NCBI GenBank assembly: GCA_977016875.1
Contig: CDRNST010000244.1
Coordinates: 62,001 to 126,000 of the forward strand
Direction: 5' to 3'
DNA from: Pavona decussata
Lineage: Eukaryota
DNA length: 64,000 bases
Part shown: positions 13,096 through 26,205 of the stretch, piece by piece
How positions within the stretch are numbered: position 1 is the stretch's first letter
How the letters are laid out: every line of letters begins with the position of its first letter
Notes under the pieces: model-generated
Seen by the model: the letters and a program-made list of their open reading frames with translations, nothing else
Told to the model about the DNA's origin: nothing
Databases searched by the model: none
Position numbers and translations under genes: made by a program

Positions 13096-14254
13096 TTATT
13101 GGTAACCGCTGTAAAAGGTAATCAAATGGTAAACTCGCGAACTAGTAGAAAATACTTTCACTTTCGTTTTGTCAAAAGTCTAATAATTTCCCGAGCCTTT
13201 GACAAAAGGAAAGTTCCTAATTTCACTCGTCACCATTTGATCAACCATGCATCGGTTTGCGAATTCTTACCGGAAGTCGCTTTAGTTTCAGTTGTGTACA
13301 TGCGCATAACGTCATGCATTTTCCGGGAAAAAGCAGCATGCCAGGTGTACGTGCCACTTCCAACGAACAATTTACGTGTCGCTGAAGGCTGCTCTCTTGA
13401 AAGCAGTCGAAAGAGTACTTTTAAGGATCAAATATGGCAATTCTATTGCTCAAATACGAGTCAGAGTTGAGCTTGAAGCTGAAAGTAATATAATGGCTTT
13501 TGAAGAGAGGTTGGTTTTTTGCGTTCAACTTTGACTCCTTCGCATCGTGTGACATGCAACAATGGTTTCCTTTCATTCCGGGTTGCATTGCAACGCTCCG
13601 GTTTGGTCTTTTCATAACGTTATGTGCTGAACTCTTTCTGTTTCATGGCAATGAAGTTTTCTGGAGTCGACAAGACCAAGACTGTGACTAAGAATTTTAT
13701 TTACTTTTCTGTGGAAGCGTCGACAAGATTGCATTTGAACAGCGCACATGGTCGACGTCGCGTCCACAGGGGCGGTGAATCGGTGATCTATGATTGAGAT
13801 CATGGCATCGTGCCTGTGAGCAAGATTATTTCCCTCAAAGACTAGAAGGTTTAAAACATGAACGACTGCCCTCATTAATACATAAAGAAAGCTTTACGCT
13901 CGGGACAAGAGGAAACAAGCTGAAGAGGAGATACGAGACGCTGATGGAAACTTGTTCGATGTATAATGCTTATATATAACGAGAGGCGGTCTGGCCTGGC
14001 GAAATACTCGAGCCTCGCCGCTCGTTTCCGATGTGTGAATTTCAGCACGGTAGTGAACCAAGTTCTTCATCCCGCTACACTAACTCCTCGCCTATTTGTT
14101 GGTAGTTAATATTATATACGTGGAGTTTTCTGTTCCTCTGACCTTTTGAGGTGAGTAGCATACTTTTGAAATGATCTTTTGTGCTCGCATACTACCACGA
14201 ATACTGTAATCTGATTGGCTACCAAGCTGTTATTGTTCCCTTTCTCACTTCTGT

Positions 14255-14476
14255 CAATCTCGTACCCAGAGTCCTCATGCCCTTTGGCCAGCGGTTGGTC
14301 GCCAGGAGAGACTCTGGGAAACTAGAATTTTGTTTAAATGTTTTGGTTGGCTGCTCCGTTACGGCTAGCATTGTTTTACCGCAGAAATCCCGCGGTAACA
14401 AAATTCCAGTTTCCCAGAGTCTCTCTTGGCGACTACCCGCTGACCAAAGAGCCTGAGGACTCTGGGTACGAGATTG
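14255..14476. mobile_element. MITE with CAATCTCGTACCCAGAG termini
   Basis: About 75-bp TIRs. Flanks CACTTCTGT (14246-14254) and TACTTCTGT (14477-14485) form an 8-9 bp duplication. A mini relative lies at 15042-15086. Confidence 0.8.
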
Positions 14477-16066
14477 TACTTCTGTGGTAGGCAGTAGCAA
14501 GGGGTGTTTGACACGCGCTGTTTTAAAAACATGAAGAAATATCAGGATTTATTCAAAACAATTGGATAATTCGCTCTCGTTTACTATGCGTGATATTTGA
14601 TTTCACCCGAAGTTGAAAAAAAAAAAAAAACAAACAAAAAAAACGAAACAAAAAGCAAAAAAAACATGAAGGACTCAGCCACAAATAGTCGTATTTTGGT
14701 GGCAAGGCCGAGACACAACGAGACTTCAAATAAATAGGTATATTATAGCTACTTCGGGCAACCCTCTGGCGCGTTTTAGACGCAAAACAATTGAAACTTG
14801 CGACAGCGTACCCTTGCATTGGATGCGGTTGGACGCACCTCAACCACAGAAAAGTGGACGCAAGTTAGACACAGGTTGTGGTAACACTGAATATTTTAAA
14901 AGGCTGTTTTTTATGTGAATGCTAATGACTGGCCACGATAGTTGCTGTTATAGAAACTTAACGACCCCCGGTCAGCGATATGGAAACATGGCTATACGCA
15001 TGTCTGCAGTGTATTCGATCACACGGTCGTTGAATCGACGCCAACCTCGTCCCCAGGGTCTCTGGGAGGCCCTGGGAGCGAGGTTGAATTGCAACATGCC
15101 AGGTTTCAGTCGTGCGATCGTGAACGGATCAGTACGATAACTCTGCTATGCCAGAGTCGTGATCGCCTATTTTGGTTAGCCAAACTCGCAACTTTACTTA
15201 GTTAAAATCTGAAGTAGCATTTACATTGAAGGCTCACGAGGGATCTCGTTAAACACAATTTGAGCCACAGTTTTAAGGAATTATTCAAATGTTGCATTCT
15301 TCATTAATAAACGAAAACACTATCTTTCTCGTTATATTTGCCCGTTCGTGAAGAAAACACGCAAGCTGATCTCAGGGTCCCTATGGTTTCACAAAGTAAA
15401 ACAGGAAAGTGCTTTTGTGTTTTCACCAAGAAGCGCAAACAGTTTGTAATTTATCATGGCGTGGAGCCAGTGACGTTCCTGTAATTTTGATTTGTAGATT
15501 ACTCGTTACAAGCCTGTTTAACCACTATATCAATATAACTGGGGCTTTTTCACGAACGCGTGAGATACCAAAACCACCATGCCTCACTGACGTGAAAATA
15601 CGATCAAACACGCACTGATTGATTGCGTTGTTATTGTGGGCGTGCCGTGAAGTCAGTCCACAGTTTTTTGCACGCACCGTTGTTAGGTTCAAAGGGGTTT
15701 CGTTAAAAGGTCGGGCGACTGCTCAATCGAGAAGCAGCAACATTAAGCAAGCATTTGAAACGCATTTTGTTCTTTCCAGTTAAGGAGGACCAGCATAAAT
15801 TAAATCATCTTTTGTCTTGTAAGCCATATTATGAGAGACCTTTTTGACGTGGAGGAAATTGTTATGTGTAATCATGATGACTCAAATGGAAGTGGCGCGA
15901 CAGAGTTATACCGTTTCCTGTGGTGAACAAGGTACTTCTATAACGCATACCGAGGCAACTGAGCAGTATTTTTCTGTGATGCTGTTTCTGATGTTGCGCA
16001 AGCTGGTAGCTCCAACTTTTGAGGCCTGTAGTTTTTTCTTGGGGTACTTTTTGGATCATATTTTTA

Positions 16067-16269
16067 CCCTTGAAGCCCTAATAGTTATCAGCATTAAATT
16101 TCTCCTTGTAATATCAATTCTTATTCAATTTCTGAGGTCATGAGAATTAAGGATGTGATCACTAAAGTGAATTTTCTTGATATTCTATTAACTTCCCCAC
16201 GGTTCTTTTATAAGAAAAGTATGGTGACAAGATAGGAGAATTTGTTCTTTAATATTAAGGGTTGAAGGG
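16067..16269. mobile_element. piggyBac-like MITE (degenerate)
   Basis: CCCTT...AAGGG termini, TTAA at the right end (16270-16273) and TTTA at the left. Confidence 0.5.
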
Positions 16270-17065
16270 TTAATGCTGAATAAAAGGAACTGAGAACAGC
16301 AAAATTTCACGAGGAAATTAAACGTTCTTTGAAATGGTCAACAAACAGCAGACTACACTTAAAAAGAAAAGAAAGAAAAATGAAAACAAAAAAAAAAAAA
16401 AAAAGAGAGAGAGAGCGTAACAACCCCTCAAGTCATGACAATTAAGGATATGAATACCCAAGGTGTATTTTCTTGATGTTGAAATAAAAAGAAGACTACA
16501 CTTAAAAAAAGAAAAAAAGGGAGCGTAACAATGGCAAGATGTCGATTTTGTCGAAACGTAAGATCAAGGTTACTTTGTGAAATTTTTGCGGCTTTAACCT
16601 TTTGAGCATCCTTATTCAATGGCAACAGGAACAAAAGACCATCCCAAAACAAATTGCCTAAGCCAGCACACGAATTTCTCGTGATAAATCATCGTTCCCA
16701 CTCGCTATTGTGAGCGTGAATACTTATGAATATATTTGTATAGTTTACCCTTATTTGGATGCTTCGTGATAATGACCTACCCTCGCACCGGTTAGTGTCT
16801 TTTGTTACGCCCTATAACGTTTTAACAATATGCAATCACAGCAAAACAAGATAAACGATGGAATCAGCCAATAGAATACGTCATGTTTGTGTTAATGCGT
16901 AAATGAATAGCTTTCCGCTTGTTAGATTTGCATACTTGTTCATTCATTCGTGAAATAAATAATTTGCCATAATACAAATAGCTGTTGCGCTGACTACAGT
17001 CTTTGTGCAATCGAAGAGAAGATAGCAAGTTATTTTGTTCGATCCAGTGCTGTTTTAAGTTTGAA

Positions 17066-17561
17066 ATGGCACAGAATGGTAGACCTCCCAATCGTGCGTA
17101 CAGCCCATACGCTGTGGACAGCTTAGAAGATTTATCCAAAGAGCAGAGCTCTTTTAGCGGGGGCTACCAGAATGGCGCTTACTCAAACTTAGGACTTCGG
17201 CAAAGCCGGGAAAACATTCCAAGAAACCTCAGCACATTTAAAGGAAGCTACCAGAGTCCATCGTATGAAAATTCCGAAGCTGCACACCAATATGAAGACC
17301 CTTCTCACTTGACGATTCCTCCGCCAAGCACTGGACCTCGAAGAAAACGCAACGAGATGTATGAACCCACCGAAATTCGACAGACTGAGAAAGAAGCAGA
17401 AAGCGATGATTTTAGTGAATACACCTTTGGGGACTCGTGGCTGAGCCGACTGATATTATTTCTGATCTTGATGATCTCTCTTGTCTCGCTGCTTCTCGTG
17501 GTGATGATAGTTCTCGGCAAGCTGGGACCAAGCTGCTCCGCTTGCAGTGAAGAGCAACAAG
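17066..17561 (+). CDS. Gene A variable first exon A1: Tyr-rich cytoplasmic tail plus type II TM helix
   Basis: ATG at 17066; 496 nt; phase-1 donor CAAG/GTATGA. TM SRLILFLILMISLVSLLLVVMIVLG followed by KLGPSCSAC. Paralogous to A2, A3, B1 and B2. Confidence 0.85.
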
Positions 17562-19654
17562 GTATGATACTTTCCAATTGTCACTCCAAAGTTTACTTAA
17601 CGCTTTTTTTTCGTTATTTGACCTTTAGGTACAATGTAACGCTTGTCCAAGAGTCTGATTTTAGCGAGTTTCTTTGTTGATTGGGTCAGTTTTGTACATG
17701 CATGTTGAAATGTTAGGTATATTGCATCGGAATGTAGCGGGGTAATATTGTTCTTAATTAGAGATAATTGTGTCGACAACAATCACCTTACTGTGATTCA
17801 TAGTACTTTATGATTCTAAAACGAGGGATTTAATAGAACAAACGATACACAGAAAGTGCAAGTATACTTTCTGTCCTGAGAGTGCGACTGTTTTTCTGCC
17901 CAAGGTGCATTCACTGTGTTAAAGCGAAAGTTATTTAAAAATAACTTTCGCTTACGTAAGGGGCCGGTTCATGATCACGAGTTGTTTTTAACAAGAAACA
18001 AAAAACAAAAGGGAAAAAACCAGATTGTTCCGCTTTCCCGTGTACGGCGCATGGCTTTTCAGTTTTAATCACACCAGACGTGTTAAAACCCAAATTCCTT
18101 TGTCAGTTAAGGTTGTTTGTCCCCAAGCTTTGCTTGCCCATGGATGCAGTGCTTTTATTTTCCAGTTGATTGTCTAACGTGGCTACGTGCCATGGCAGAT
18201 TTCTCAGTAATCCTTGATGAACTTGCCGGTTTTTTGTTCACCCCACAAAGCCAATGTTCATGATTTTTAATCCTTGTTCTGCAAGATTCAAAACTCTCGC
18301 TTGTTAGCCTTTTTTTTGTTATTTTTTTTTTCACTTCACTGATGGAATTTTAAAATCACGTACGTGCCTTTTAGCAATAATTGTCTAACTTTGGTTCAGC
18401 TGTTAATCTGTTCGCGTGTTGGAAGGTTTATTAAATTAAATTAAATTTAATTTAGCCCTTTTGGAAATTTCATTTAGCCCTTTATGGAAACATCACGAGA
18501 AATTACTCAGCAGTCTTGGTAATTGTGTGTTACGCGTTCTATGGTTTCTGCAAAATTAACACACACTAACTATGATTTAGCAGAAAATGAATGGGACAGA
18601 ATTGCCGCTTCTTTCTTAACCCTGCGGTTTGCTGACATAAGATACGAGCATAAAAAATATCGCGTTAGTCAGAAAGTATCTTCATTGGTCAGAACTTAGT
18701 TGACTGAAATAGAATGCTGTCAGTATATACGTTGTCTATTGGGTCCATCCACTGGCGTTATAAAGGAAAATTACTTTGTCTATGGACGTATTTTTAGCCG
18801 TTTACTCGTAGGCTTCTTGATAAACGGAGGATTTCAGTCATATTCCCCAGCTGGCCTGCTTAGTTTGACCTTGTTCAGTATCTCTATTCCACAAGAAAGT
18901 GTGCTTTTAGTTTTTATTAAATTTGCTTCCGAATAAAAATTTATAGCCTTCGACAAAGCTCTTGTTCGTGAATTTTTCACTCTCAAAGACGATTGTAATG
19001 CAGTGCATACAATTGTAAGCTCCACAGTAACATCAGGTTTGTTGTAACACCACGATGATCCTTGCTTCGTTCTGGTTCTTCTGAAAACACGTACAACCGA
19101 TCACAACCCTGCTGAATAATTATTTGGATTATGTTTGTTTTACACCGTTTAACTTCTGCGCGGAAGAAACTTTAGCATCCCACGCAGGCGTTTTTAGGGG
19201 ACTCATATTTAACTTTGGCCAAGGCTAAGCCTCCATTGTTTACAAAAGCTTTTGCTCGATTTGAGTTGATATCATTGTCTTTAAGCCCATATCTATGTAG
19301 GGTTTATTAGTCCTTAAGCCTGTTAATTGTACCGACACGCCTCCAGATCACGTGCATTCGAAGATCAGGTTTAGACATACTAAGCGCAGTAGTTTTGCTA
19401 ATATAAATTTTCATTTTAAAAACTGCAACAAGGCCAAGGCGTTCGTTAATTATTGTGGCAAGTCCCTAGTTTCAGGTTAGAGTAGATAGGCACTGAAATA
19501 AAAGTAGCATATAAAAATTGTACTGTCGCAACACGTGAAAGGTTCTATAGACAGACGTTCGTATGGTAGTTAACTAATTTTAATGCCATTTTGAAAGGAA
19601 GTTATAAGAAAGAAAAAGAACCCATACAGTGTCCTATTTTAATAGTACACTGTA

Positions 19655-19708
19655 TAATAAATCGGTGTTTCGCAACATTTAAAAATGTTGCGAAACACCG
19701 ATTTATTA
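19655..19708. repeat. Near-perfect 54-bp palindrome
   Basis: TAATAAATCGGTGTTTCGCAACATTT-AA-AAATGTTGCGAAACACCGATTTATTA. Confidence 0.8.
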
Positions 19709-21171
19709 AGCATTCAAAGTAAACAGATTAAAGTAAGGGTTTAGGGTTGCTAGAAACTCATTTATCGGTTTAATTTTCTCTCATTTCGTAGCTACAAGTG
19801 AACAGTTATATTTTTTGCCATTTCCGCTTAGTTACCAGCATAAGCTCCTGGTCTCAGCTAAACGACCATAGGACTAGAGTGTTAACTTATGCCCCATTCA
19901 CACTAAGGCTTAAACACGTTTAAAAGCTGTTTAGTTAAACACAGTTTAAAATTATTTCCTTCGTAAAAGCTCAGTACAGATTTAGCACAAATGAAAGCAT
20001 AAGTTAGAGTTTTCTTGAATCCTATTTCAAAGCCAATGGTTCAGCTTTCTGTTACCAATTTTCATTTCATTTAACCTGGTTTAATTAAAGATGTTTTGTT
20101 GGTGTGAATGCGGCCTTAGAAAAAATTCTTCTTTGTCTGTGACTTTCGCCTTTTTGTCTCAGTTCTCCATAAAACGATTTATCGCACATTTAAGTTATTT
20201 TAATACTGAAGCGAAAAGTGTGAACGAGAGCACTTAAAATTCAAATTTTCTAATTTTATGCAAGATATCATTTCTTGTACTTAATTCCTTCTTGTTGTGA
20301 CAATTCATTCTGAGACGCCAACAGTGTCAAGTACTCAGTGTGACCTCTAGTCCACTGATCGTAAAGGGCAATAACCTTCACGTTTCTACAGCTTCATCTG
20401 GTGGCCTTCTTATAGATAAGATCTTGGTCCGAATTTGTGTTTACGGGGTGTGGTTGTGTAAGCTCTACTGTATTCTACGTGGAAACTTCATTTGCAAATG
20501 AATTGCTATTTAAAATGTTTACTTATGAAACATCAATTAATCGTTCCTCTTTCATACAAATTGCCACCGCCAATCGAATTTATGAGTGACAACAAATCTG
20601 AGAACTGATCGCATGATCCCATTTGTCACGTGCACGTATGTGTGTGACCAATTGCAAGCCGACCGATTACGGAGCTGTCTGACCTCCCCATTAGGCCACA
20701 AGGCCGGAGATCGATATAGCATGTCTCTCTAGAAAGACAAACTAGGCAGGTACCTTAGAAAAAAAGGAAAAATAGAAAATTGGAACATGTAGGCGGCAAA
20801 ATGAAGTAAATTGATTTGATGCTGTTTATTCGTCGACACTGTACGCCATGGTAGGAAAAAAATAAACAAATAGACAACGACCTGGGAAATCTCGAGAAAG
20901 CCACGAGGCCATTTCGTCAGTGACATGAACAACCTGCCAGCCTGCCATTCCGCAGGCCGGGCAAGTGAAAACGGAGTGGCCAGGAGAAGCTCATATAAAT
21001 TGAGTTCTCAACTATGTTGTAGTAATCATAGATTTCCATTCATTCGAGAAACAAGCACTGATACTGACGAATAATTTGCGTTACTGGTCTGACAATAGAC
21101 TTGTTTTATTCGAGGACGAGCCATTGTAGAAACTTTCTTTTGTGACATTCGTTACTTAACGAATTTTGAAA

Positions 21172-21688
21172 ATGGAGCTTAACGATCGGCCTCAAAATCG
21201 AGCTTACAGTCCTTACACAGTTGACAGCCCTGAAGTCGGTTCGAGAAACTCAAACGCTTTACCAAGGAGCTATCTTAACCTTGCCTATGAGAATTCAGGA
21301 GTTGCACAAAGCCATGAAAAAGACGAGGTGACAAACCGAAGTACTTTCAAGGAGGGCGATGTGCCTCGTTCTTTGTACGAAAATTCAAAGCTTGAGCATC
21401 AGTATGAAGACCCATTTAACCTGGTGATTTGTAAGAGTGCATGGAGTTCAGAAAGTTCTGGGCCCAAGAGAAAAGACAACGGGTTATACCAGTCCACCGA
21501 ACTCAAGAAGCAAGGGACAGTTCGAGAGTCAACGAGCACCGGTGACTGTGGTGTTGAAATGAGTAGAAATTCGTGGATAAGTCGTTTGATCTTGTTCCTG
21601 ATTTTGATGGTATCGTTGACCTCGCTTGTTCTCGTTATGTTGATTATAATCGGAAAGTTGGGACCAAGCTGTTGCAGTGGGACACAAG
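21172..21688 (+). CDS. Gene A variable first exon A2: Tyr-rich cytoplasmic tail plus type II TM helix
   Basis: ATG at 21172 with an in-frame TAA 15 nt upstream; 517 nt; phase-1 donor CAAG/GTGAGG. Shares NRAYSPY, YENS, HQYEDP and SRLILFLILM...GKLGPSC with A1. Confidence 0.85.
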
Positions 21689-21796
21689 GTGAGGTCTTTA
21701 CGAAATTGTATCGCCGAAAAAAAAGTTCGCCCAGGTTTTTGGTAGCAATACGAACAGTAACATTTAGAACTGGGCGTTTTTTGAGAATGATGTTTT

Positions 21797-21960
21797 AATC
21801 AGTAAATGACACAGGCACACTCGGAAAAAAATCCGAGTCCTATCAGGAGTCGAACCTAAGACCTTCCGATTACTAGTTCGGATGTTCTACTACTGAGCTA
21901 CAGGAGACTCGTGGGAGCTAAGGCCATTAAACTAGGTCAGTTCATGGGACAAACATCCTG
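21797..21960 (-). repeat. tRNA-Thr-derived interspersed repeat
   Basis: Minus strand GTAGCTCAGTAGTAGAACATCCGAACTAGTAATCGGAAGGTCTTAGGTTCGACTCC has A/B boxes and loop CTAGTAA. Related copies at about 3731-3773 plus 4358-4460, 57937-58227 and 63052-63388. Confidence 0.7.
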
Positions 21961-24947
21961 TTTGTTTTTGACTGTCACAAAATAGCTCGAACTTAACATT
22001 TATTAACTGAATCGACTAACTAGTTCAGTTTACAGAAACTTTGAATAAGTCAATTTGATTAGATATGTAGTTTGCACATGAAACCAGACTCTTTAAGTTG
22101 TGGAAAAAATGTCTGAATTTGTGTGAAAAAATCTTCAGAAGATACATTCAATTTGACCTTTTTGGTTTGTTAGCGTGTATCACTGTCAGAAGATCACCTG
22201 TTTCGTGGACCACGAGAAAGTCCCATGCATGTGGCGAATCCGCGAGAACGAACCGGTCAACAGCGCCAGGAGGCGACGCAGCGCGCGCGAGGGGCCCACG
22301 CATGCAAGCCCTTTGCTCGCCAGGTACTTTCGTGCGTTTTTGCCCTTTGCATGGGAATTGCTTGGCATGATCGTACCAATTAAGAGAAGAAGTTAATCAG
22401 GCTATACGTGCTCAAATAAGCATAACTGCTAAATTTATTGTTTGATCTTCAGTGTTAACATAAAAACAATATGACCCAGTTATTGCTTCCCTATTTTTCC
22501 CACAATATCATTCGTTTGACAAAACTTACTTAGTGCAAAACGAAAACAAATTTGCTAATACTTCGACGTTTCCAAGTTCTCAGTTTGATTTTCATCGAGG
22601 TCAATTTCTTTGTAACAAGTTCCCAGTGAGTTGGTTATAAAAACAGTCAGCCCAAAATGTCATTTCAATATTTAGCACTTTCAGTGGTAAATTTCGTGAC
22701 GGTTGAGCTCCCGTGACAGTCACTTGATAAGTACACGTGACGGTTATGACCGTGACGAATCCGTGACAGGTTTCAACCAAAGTTTTCCTTTACTTATCCA
22801 GCATGTGTTACTGATCTTGACTACGGTTTTTAACTGAGAATACCATTTTTCATTTAGTTTTTTACTCTGACCAAATCAAATTCTACTTTTCGACCATCTT
22901 GGCCCAAGATATTTCATTTTTACGTACAGTATTTTGTATGCGTACAGGCCCGCGTGCCTTACACACTTGTCGTAGGTGAGTTTCCGAGAGAAGTGAGGGA
23001 CCTTGCTAATCCCGAAAACGAAAAAGAATAAAACTGGGTGTCGTTAGAGTCTCAAGCTACTCCGGTTTTTTTTTAGTTATAAATGTCGTGACAGGCAAAA
23101 ACTTAGATGTATAGCTGAATGGTTAAGTATTTTTGATAATAGTATTTTGACAACAACAACAACAACACCAACAACAAACTTTATTAACCCCCATAGTTTA
23201 CAGGTCTTTACAAAAAGCATTTACTATGTAAAACAGAAATAATAGGGGTATTGGCTACCTGAAATAACCTTAGCGTTAAAAATGTCAGGGAGCCAGTTAA
23301 GAGAAAAGATATTTTATATGTTGAGGTCGGGCACACAAACAAACATAGACACACATTCAAAGATTTGATGATATTTAAAACTAAATCATGCTTAATGTCA
23401 CGACATCAATTTACTTCGACCATGTTGATATCTAGTTCGACCAGATTTTATTTCTTTTGAAAGCTTGAGAAACGATCTTTCGTCAGCTGTAATCTTTCTG
23501 GTTGGCTTTATGCATACAGCTGTTACAAACTGAATGAGATCAACACGTGTCAAAAGCGGTAACTAAAGTAAACTTTATTTAGCCAGGAATCTTTAAAGCA
23601 GTGGAGATTTGGTTTATCTGTTCAATAACCATTTTTAAGAGCGTACGATGGACTGGATGGAGTTCATGGCCTTTTTAGATTTTTTTCTCTTCTCCAACAT
23701 CAATATTTTGAAAAATATACAATTAAAACATGTGATTCTCGCGGTTCAGGTGACTCCTTTTGAATCACCAGTTGGCAAATCGTATTCGATTTTATCAGTC
23801 ACTTAAATACAAAAGAACTTTTTTTTTTGGATGCTGAAAATCGGCAAGAATCTGTTTCTGTTTTGTGTGCAACTATACAGGTTTTGAAGAAAAGTTTAAT
23901 TTCACATGCGTTTGTTACCCAGCAACTTCAGAAAGCGTACGTGCATTGAATCTCGATCAACTCTACGCAAGACAAAGCACGGGTTTGTGGGAGTTAATAT
24001 ATGCTGATATATGCTGTTCTGTTTCGCGTCCACATAATCGTTGCGAATGCTAATTTGGACGAGCACTCAGTCTTATTTGACAGTTGTTAGACTTTAGTTT
24101 CTTCTTCCGCTTTCGCGCGTGCAGTTTCTCAACTTCTTTTATTGTATTTTGACAGGCAATGATCTTGTTTCCTAACTGTTTCGAGTCTAAGGATTCAAGA
24201 GTGAAAGCTAGTCGCTTCTAGCCTCAAGTCTGTGAATAAAATCCTAAGGTGTTGTCATTCAAATGGAAGATACTGAGCAGGATTTTCCGTCGCGTTTGAT
24301 ATAAAATTTCTTTGCAATCGGTGACTTTATTTTTTTTTCTTTTTTATCAGCTTTGATTTTTTGATCGGCGCCTTACATTGTGTTCGTAGAACTGATGAAT
24401 GTGCTGAAAGGCATAGCACACCTTAACTTTGTTTATCTTTTTCGCATGACCGCTTCTCTTTCCGGCGATTCGATCTTCTCTCTTAGTATTCCGTATTGAA
24501 TCAATTCTGGTGATTTTCTCGTCTGCTTAAACGAAGAAAAGAATCGTTGAAAGCGATATCACCATTTGATCTTGTGCCCACGATAGCGTTGTTGCTGTTA
24601 CAAAACAAAACAAATTTCGAGTCCTTTCTAGAGACATTCCACCTGCTGACGTACAAAGCCGAGACCTTTTGTATCTACAAATTCCGCTCATGTCTCCCGC
24701 GAGAGAATCATTCATTAGATTCCAACCAATCAGCGGCCAGTGTTTTGGCGGGTAGGCCCCGTCAGCAAATCAACTCATTGAGAGATTTCACGCATTTCTT
24801 ATTCATGTATTGGCAATGAGCTTAGTGGGTGTTGTATTATTTGGTTGATATCCTGCCTGTTTAGTTGAAAACTTGAAGCCTTCACGTGGTTTAAGAATTG
24901 AGAGTAGTTTTGGATCAGAAAAATACTCTAAAATCTGACAGATAACG

Positions 24948-25410
24948 ATGCCAAGTTTCGGGCAATATCCCCAACGGGACTTCAGTCCTGTGGACATTTG
25001 CGATGTGCGTTTCGAATCACCGCGTTCGTCGCACTCACGTTTGTTGGCAAAACCGCCTCGTGAGAGCGATGAAGAAAAAGGACATCAGTACGAGGATCCT
25101 TCGACTCTTAGCGATCAAGTTCGGGTTCTTCATGGGGGAGAAAAAAGACCGCGAAAACGCTACAATGACATGTACGAACCTCATATACCATTGAAAGAGA
25201 TAAACGTCAGAAGGGCTAGAGAGGCATCGGTCTGCTCCGATCTGTCGGACACATACACAAGGGAATCGTGTTTAAATCGATGTATTTTATTTTTCGTTCT
25301 TCTCACGTCGGTCACTGCTCTGATTTTGGTGATACTGTTGATGCTGGGTAAAGTTGGGCCAGTTGTCGATAAGTGTTCCTGTGCGAATACGGAACAAGGA
25401 AAGTCGATCG
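24948..25410 (+). CDS. Gene A variable first exon A3: cytoplasmic tail plus type II TM helix
   Basis: ATG at 24948; 463 nt; phase-1 donor ATCG/GTGAGT. Contains HQYEDP, YNDMYEP and TM CILFFVLLTSVTALILVILLMLG followed by KVGPVVDKCSC. Confidence 0.85.
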
Positions 25411-25849
25411 GTGAGTAAGGATATTGAATGAAGCACGCGGTCTTAGTCTTCAAAGATATGTTAGAATTTTAAATGTGAAAATCGTTAATTATTTTTTGTT
25501 TTCATTTCGTCGTTAAAAAGTTTGGGTTTTAAAAGGCATCATTCACGTGTTCGATCACACCACTGTGGTCTGACTGTTTAATTATAAATGCGAAATTCGA
25601 CGTTATTGTAGATTACATGTAAACCCCTCCGGGTAACCATAGGAATACATGAAACGATCAGTCGCTCCGGAAGAATGTTGCATATTCTGGCTGAATTGTG
25701 TTTAATGACATCGCGTTAAGGCATAGTTGAGCACTTGAGGATCTCTGTTTGAAAACATGTTTCCTACAAATACACCAAAAATGCGACAAGTGACCCCTTT
25801 GGAAAGATCGCTAAAAATGTTGAACTATATTCTAGTATATACAAAGGCG

Positions 25850-26205
25850 TGACGAGATGCGCAAATATTTAATATATTGCTGTTTCCCTTGAAATAAAGT
25901 AGTTTGCGGCGAAAACGGCTTGAAAAGACATAAGATTAACAGAAACGAAAGTAAAGTTTTTTAAAGTTATTCTTTTTCGAATTATCATGTTTGACCCATT
26001 CAGACCACGCAAATCGTGCGTCTTTAAAAAGTAGCCATGACGAGATGAGCAAATATTTAATTGTTGTTTCCCTCGAAATAGAGCAGTTTGGGGCGAAAAC
26101 GGGTTGGAAAAACATAAGATTTAAACAAACGAAAGTGAAGTTTTTAAAGTTATTTCTTTTTCGAATTATCATGTTGTTTGACCCAACCAGAGCACGCAAA
26201 TCGTG
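25850..26205. repeat. Diverged tandem duplication, about 188-bp period, two copies
   Basis: TGACGAGATG(C/A)GCAAATATTTAAT...GCGAAAACGG...TTTTTCGAATTATCATGTT...ACGCAAATCGTG occurs at about 25850 and 26038. Confidence 0.8.

Noticed and set aside
17066-21688. Canonical ITAMs in the A1 and A2 tails
   Set aside because: No YxxL/I-x6-8-YxxL/I pair with correct spacing.
17066-25410. A1, A2 and A3 as consecutive exons of one multi-pass protein
   Set aside because: A2 has an in-frame stop just upstream with no acceptor. The only AG before the A3 ATG is phase 0, incompatible with the phase-1 donors. Each exon has its own ATG.
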